From Aciduliprofundum boonei T469 (lineage in GTDB: Archaea; Thermoplasmatota; Thermoplasmata; Thermoplasmatales; Aciduliprofundaceae), in assembly GCF_000025665.1 (NCBI RefSeq), contig NC_013926.1, forward strand, positions 1,020,001-1,052,000: 32,000 bases of DNA, in the 5' to 3' direction. How positions within the stretch are numbered: the first letter of the stretch is position 1; every line of letters begins with the position of its first letter. Below are positions 27,790 to 32,000 of the stretch, in pieces. The translations under genes and the position numbers were made by a program. Under the pieces are notes generated by a model. It was not told the origin of the DNA, made no database searches, and saw only the letters and a list, made by a program, of their open reading frames with translations.

Positions 27790-30700
27790 TTCATATCACC
27801 CACCTTCATACGCATAATAACACCAAGTGATGCAAGCTCATCATGCATAAGCTTGAAGGCATAACTGGTTTCAATTGGGTATATGTTCGTGGTATTTCCG
27901 CAGACTGGGCACCGGAGAATTCCGCGCTTTCTATCAAACATGGCAATATGGCCACACTCAGGATTTCCGCAAACATAGAGTACAGTGCCGTCTGAATTAT
28001 CCAACAATCTATCCTTTATGACCATTGCAGCTCCATGACCAATTAGGGTATCTCTCTCCATCTCTCCAAACCTCAAACCGCCGAGCCTGCTGCGTCCCTC
28101 AGTTGGTTGTCTTGTAAGAATCTGCACAGGTCCACGGGATCTCGCATGGAATTTTCCAGCGACCATGTGGTGCAGTTTCTGGTAATATATTACACCAACA
28201 AATATCTCTGCCTCTATCTTCCTTCCCGTTATGCCATCGTACATTATCTCCTTACCATTGTATTTGAATCCATTCTTAACCAATGCTTCTCTCAATGCCT
28301 TTTCAGGCTCTCCACTGAACACGGTACCATCAACAAACCTTCCCTCAAGAGAGCCAACCTTGCCACCTATCATCTCCAATATGTGCCCCACAGTCATTCT
28401 TGAAGGAATTGCGTGAGGATTAATTATCAAATCCGGTATGATTCCACTCTCGGTGAAGGGCATATCCTCTTGAGGTATTATGGCTCCCACAACACCTTTC
28501 TGCCCGTGTCTTGAGGCAAATTTATCCCCCAATTCTGGAATGCGCTGATCCCTAACTTTCACCTTTACAAGTCGAGAGTTATTTTCGCTCACAGTTAGCA
28601 AGACAGAATCAACCCACCCCTCTTCTTCAGGCCTCATTGTCACGCTGCTCTCTCTTCTCTTTTGCGGCCCTAAGAGTTCACTTTCTTCCTCCAAGAATCT
28701 TGGGGGTGAGGTCTTGCCTATAAGCACATCTCCACCTTTTACATAAACTTCGGGAGAGATCAAACCATCTTCGTCTAAGAGCTTGTACCTATCTTCTGTC
28801 ATTGCTCCGCGAACATCTGGACTTGGAATTTCGAACTTATCCTCCTGACCACCAGGATATCTGCGCTCCTCACTCTTATAAGTCCTAAAGAATGTGCTTC
28901 TTCCAAATCCTCTCTCCACGGAAGCCTTGTTCATAACGATTGCATCTTGAATGTTATAGCCATGGTAAGAAATTATAGCAACCACTGCATTTTGTCCAGC
29001 AGGCCTACGCATAAAGTTCACAAAATCCATGGTTTTTGTCCTGACGATAGGTGCCTGTGGATAATGCAATAGATGTCCGCGAGTATCCGGTCTACGCCTA
29101 TAATTTGCGGCTGGCAATCCCAATGATTGCTTGAGCATTGCTGCACCCATGGTGATTCTTGGAGAAGAATTGTGGTGGGGATAAGGCACACATCCTGCAA
29201 CTGCGCCCAAAATCAACAGTGGATCAATTTCGAGATGAGTATGCTCCTTTGTTATCTTCTTTTCTACACCAAATTCTGCTCCGCAGTGCTTGCACCTAAG
29301 GGTTACTTTCTCTCCCTCTCCAGGATTCATCCATTCAACATCATTTCTGCCAAGTACTCTTCCACAATGGGGACATCTTTCAGGAACATCGTAGGCATAA
29401 ACGGCAATGTATGCATTCTCTTCCTCCTCCGCATCTATCCACTCAACAACTCCCTCTCTCACTAAATCCTCAATCTCCATCTTCCCCCTGCGAAGAAGCT
29501 CTCTGTGCCTGCTCGTGTACTTAACATTTCCGTTCTCAACCACAAGCAAAGGTCTCCTTATTCTTCCTTTATCGGAATTTATCATAACTTCATTGGTCGT
29601 ATCATCGTACCTTATATTTATCTGGTGCGATATTAATCCTTTTCTTCTCTTGCTTCTTATCTCGTTGGTGAGAGCCAGACCATCCTTATGATAACCTACC
29701 AGATTTCCATTAAGATACACTCTTGCAAGTTCTCCTGTCTCATACTGCCTCTCTTCAACTCCCAAACCCTTGAGAATCTTTAAGACATCTTCCTCAGGAT
29801 AACCCTCAGATACATCAATTATAAGGGCTGCATTCTTAACTAATCCGCAATTTTGACCCTCTGGTGTTTCATTTGGGCATAACCTTCCCCACTGCGTGGG
29901 ATGCAAATCTCTAGCTTCAAAATGGGGCTGTGAGCGCGTGAGAGGAGAGATCACACGGCGTAAATGGCTGAGTGTGCTCATATGAGATGTTCTATCCAAC
30001 AATTGCGATACTCCTGTTCTTCCCCCAACCCAGTTACCTGTACTCATGGCATGCATTATCTTCTGTGTCAAAACATCCTGTCTTATGGAAACTCTTATCC
30101 TTATTCCTTTCTTGCGGTTGTAAGTTCTCTCCAGCTGATATTTCAAGTCCTTCATTAAGGCTTCAAAAGCCATTCTGAATAATTCCTCAAGCAAATCCCC
30201 AGATAGCTTCAATCTCTTATTTGCAAGATGGTCTTTATCGTCCTCCTTTCTCAATCCTAAATGCAGTTCTAAAACTCTTCTTGCCATTCTTCCCAAATAG
30301 TAAGCTTTCTTTATCCTATCCTCCTTGCTCGTGCCCAGATGTGGAAGCAAGGAAGAATCCAAAATCTGAGATATTTTCTTTTCTCTGTACTCTTTAGCTT
30401 GGCCTGCTGCAAATCTCTTCTCTAAATATTCTATGGCATCTCTCTGAGTTCTTATTCCATTTGGAGGATAGAGTTTATCATTTTCAACCTCTTCAATATT
30501 TGCAAGAGCGATAACGCTCATCTTCTCATCGCTTACAATCGCTCTGTAGATATCTTGATCCTTCTCCAGTCCAAGAGCCTTCATCAAAATTACCAGAGGT
30601 ATTGTTCCAGCCACCGCAGGAACTGAAACTACAATAATACCATCGCTCTTCTTTTCCATAATTGTTAGGGCCCTATAACCCCTACGCTGTGAGAATACTT

Positions 30701-31391
30701 TGGCCGTCTCCACAACAGTGTTATATCTCTCGTTTTTCTCTACTAACACCCTATTTGGAGCAAGGTCCTCTAGAGATACGAGAACCCTCTCACTTCCACC
30801 AATTATAAAATAACCACCCGGGTCATCGGGGTCCTCGCCCACATATTCCAATTTCTGCTTGTAGGGCCAGTTGAGTATATCCTTATCTTTTGAGATGCTA
30901 TCGAGATAATCGTCAATGTTATCCTCGTGGAGGGTGCAAATCTTGGATTTTACCATCACAGGAAAATCTCCTATCTTAACCATTTCTGGCTCTCTTTCAT
31001 AGCATCCTGCATCATCACATTCTAAAACTTTTATCTTTAGATACAATGGAGCTAAGTAACTTAAATCCCTTAACCTTGCTTCCATAGGCGTTATCTGAAC
31101 AGTTGCTCCCGTTGCTTCTTTAATCTCAGGCCTTCCTATCCTTATGGTGGGCTCATTAACATCCCAGTAGTCATTGTTTCTTCCAAAAACTATTTTTATT
31201 GTCTTTCCACCGGTTTTTGTTCTATCTAATGTTATAACTCCCGGAGGGTCCTCATCTGTAACCTTTGTAGTATCAACAATCTCTTGCATCACACTATTTG
31301 GATTATCTGGTGTGGGTATCAAATCGTTGTATGACGCAATATGGTGATTCACTACACTTTTCTTAAACAAAATATCCACTATGGTATTCAT
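27786..31391 (-). CDS. rpoB: DNA-directed RNA polymerase subunit B (unsplit).
   Basis: It has [28 protein letters not shown] and the C-terminal Zn ribbon [14 protein letters not shown]. It is 1201 aa long. Confidence 0.97.
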   Translation of the reverse strand: MNTIVDILFKKSVVNHHIASYNDLIPTPDNPNSVMQEIVDTTKVTDEDPPGVITLDRTKTGGKTIKIVFGRNNDYWDVNEPTIRIGRPEIKEATGATVQITPMEARLRDLSYLAPLYLKIKVLECDDAGCYEREPEMVKIGDFPVMVKSKICTLHEDNIDDYLDSISKDKDILNWPYKQKLEYVGEDPDDPGGYFIIGGSERVLVSLEDLAPNRVLVEKNERYNTVVETAKVFSQRRGYRALTIMEKKSDGIIVVSVPAVAGTIPLVILMKALGLEKDQDIYRAIVSDEKMSVIALANIEEVENDKLYPPNGIRTQRDAIEYLEKRFAAGQAKEYREKKISQILDSSLLPHLGTSKEDRIKKAYYLGRMARRVLELHLGLRKEDDKDHLANKRLKLSGDLLEELFRMAFEALMKDLKYQLERTYNRKKGIRIRVSIRQDVLTQKIMHAMSTGNWVGGRTGVSQLLDRTSHMSTLSHLRRVISPLTRSQPHFEARDLHPTQWGRLCPNETPEGQNCGLVKNAALIIDVSEGYPEEDVLKILKGLGVEERQYETGELARVYLNGNLVGYHKDGLALTNEIRSKRRKGLISHQINIRYDDTTNEVMINSDKGRIRRPLLVVENGNVKYTSRHRELLRRGKMEIEDLVREGVVEWIDAEEEENAYIAVYAYDVPERCPHCGRVLGRNDVEWMNPGEGEKVTLRCKHCGAEFGVEKKITKEHTHLEIDPLLILGAVAGCVPYPHHNSSPRITMGAAMLKQSLGLPAANYRRRPDTRGHLLHYPQAPIVRTKTMDFVNFMRRPAGQNAVVAIISYHGYNIQDAIVMNKASVERGFGRSTFFRTYKSEERRYPGGQEDKFEIPSPDVRGAMTEDRYKLLDEDGLISPEVYVKGGDVLIGKTSPPRFLEEESELLGPQKRRESSVTMRPEEEGWVDSVLLTVSENNSRLVKVKVRDQRIPELGDKFASRHGQKGVVGAIIPQEDMPFTESGIIPDLIINPHAIPSRMTVGHILEMIGGKVGSLEGRFVDGTVFSGEPEKALREALVKNGFKYNGKEIMYDGITGRKIEAEIFVGVIYYQKLHHMVAGKFHARSRGPVQILTRQPTEGRSRLGGLRFGEMERDTLIGHGAAMVIKDRLLDNSDGTVLYVCGNPECGHIAMFDRKRGILRCPVCGNTTNIYPIETSYAFKLMHDELASLGVIMRMKVGDMK

Positions 31392-31400
31392 AAAACCACC

Positions 31401-31655
31401 TTAATCTCTTACCACAACCCTATAAACAGTTATTCTTCCAGCGGTGGGGCTTTTCCTAACTATTTTTATTAAGCTTCCAACTGGTATATGCCCATATTTT
31501 CTCTCTAAAACCCTTAAAACAGCATCGCTCTTTTTAATTCTTGGAAGGTTTTCTTTCTTAACTCCAATTTCTTTCAAAATTTTCTCTTCCTCTTCTTGGG
31601 GTACCAAGTAATGCTCCGGAACAAGCTCGTGCTCGAGCACATTAAATCTCACCAT
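31401..31655 (-). CDS. rpoH: DNA-directed RNA polymerase subunit H (Rpb5 homologue).
   Basis: It has HELVPEHYLV..LPRIKKSDAV..RKSPTAGRITVYRVVV and a GAGGTGATG SD. Confidence 0.95.
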   Translation of the reverse strand: MVRFNVLEHELVPEHYLVPQEEEEKILKEIGVKKENLPRIKKSDAVLRVLERKYGHIPVGSLIKIVRKSPTAGRITVYRVVVRD

Positions 31656-31677
31656 TTTCTCATCACCTCATGAGGTA

Positions 31678-31751
31678 CGGGCCTGCGGGGAATCGAACCC
31701 CGGACCACCTGGTTAAAAGCCAGGTGCTCTACCAAGCTGAGCTACAGGCCC
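31678..31751 (-). tRNA. trnK: tRNA-Lys (anticodon TTT), 74 nt, no intron.
   Basis: Hand-folded. The acceptor is GGGCCTG/CAGGCCC, the D stem GCTC/GAGC and the anticodon arm CCTGG-CTTTTAA-CCAGG. The T arm is CGGGG-TTCGATT-CCCCG. Confidence 0.9.
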
Positions 31752-31780
31752 ATAGAGTCAGCCCTACATATGGGGCATGT

Positions 31781-31788
31781 ATTTAAAC
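31781..31788 (-). promoter_or_regulatory. TATA box (minus strand AGTTTAAAT) for tRNA-Lys, and probably for the rpo operon.
   Basis: It lies about 30 nt upstream of the tRNA 5' end at 31751. Confidence 0.45.
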
Positions 31789-31883
31789 TTTATTACCATT
31801 TCATAGCCCAACCATCATACATAATGATTTGATTTTAATTAAATTTTTCCCATAATTAGAAATCTTCAATTTTATACACAACA

Positions 31884-32000
31884 TTAAAATAGTTTTTGGT
31901 CAAAGGCAATTGAGGTTATATCAATATGGCCTCGCATACCATCCCAAAACACACTATAATTTTCCACAGATAAACTATTTTTGAATATGGGAGCATCTAT
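31884..32000 (-). CDS. Possible 3' end (38 codons, ...SVENYSVFWDGMRGHIDITSIAFDQKLF*) of a gene entering from the right edge.
   Basis: The frame is open from the window edge to the TAA at 31884-31886. There is no other support. Confidence 0.3.
   Translation of the reverse strand: MDAPIFKNSLSVENYSVFWDGMRGHIDITSIAFDQKLF

Noticed and set aside
31666-31675. The perfect palindrome CCTCATGAGG overlapping the rpoH SD, considered as a regulatory hairpin.
   Set aside because: A 4-bp stem with a 2-nt loop is not a stable structure, and the palindrome is most likely incidental to the SD sequence.

Overview
This is an archaeal chromosomal window with tightly packed genes and strong GGAGGTGAT-type Shine-Dalgarno sites. 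It has TATA boxes about 25 nt upstream of RNA 5' ends and intron-containing tRNAs. Gene content includes an unsplit rpoB, split rpoA'/A'', form III RuBisCO, a VAT/Cdc48 ATPase and low GC. I infer from this a euryarchaeon of the Thermoplasmata/DHVE2 type, but I cannot verify that here.

Positions 8.2-32 kb are housekeeping. They carry tRNA-Trp(CCA), whose intron encodes a box C/D sRNA, and a 35-aa eL41 gene that the ORF track missed. They also carry tRNA-Arg(UCU), carS, a metallophosphoesterase, an AIM24/TIGR00266-like protein, cdc48/VAT and a PRC-barrel protein. Next come aRF1, archease, intron-containing tRNA-Glu(UUC), a HAD hydrolase and an orphan CheY-like receiver with an HTH partner. Then come a radical-SAM protein, form III RuBisCO, Elp3 and a ModE-HTH::Nudix fusion. 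The region ends with the rpo operon (tRNA-Lys, rpoH, rpoB, rpoA', rpoA'', rpl30e, nusA).

Positions 1-8.2 kb are accessory and are the interesting part. They abut the 3' end of tRNA-Trp and hold two minus-strand operons.

- **Operon 1** encodes a roughly 25-sequon Ig-repeat surface protein with a cytoplasmic winged-helix tail. It is followed by five tandem paralogues that share a C-terminal two-helix hairpin resembling VirB2/TrbC-type (conjugative/T4SS) pilins. Three of the five carry an N-terminal lectin-like beta domain joined through an unusual Gly/Trp/Ser linker. The operon runs off the left edge.
- **Operon 2** encodes four uncharacterised proteins. One is a 448-aa wHTH/coiled-coil protein whose 5' third contains a dense iteron-like cluster of AAGGG(G)ACA and ATGTTA(C/G)A motifs in different reading frames.

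No integrase, secretion ATPase or CRISPR array is visible in the window.
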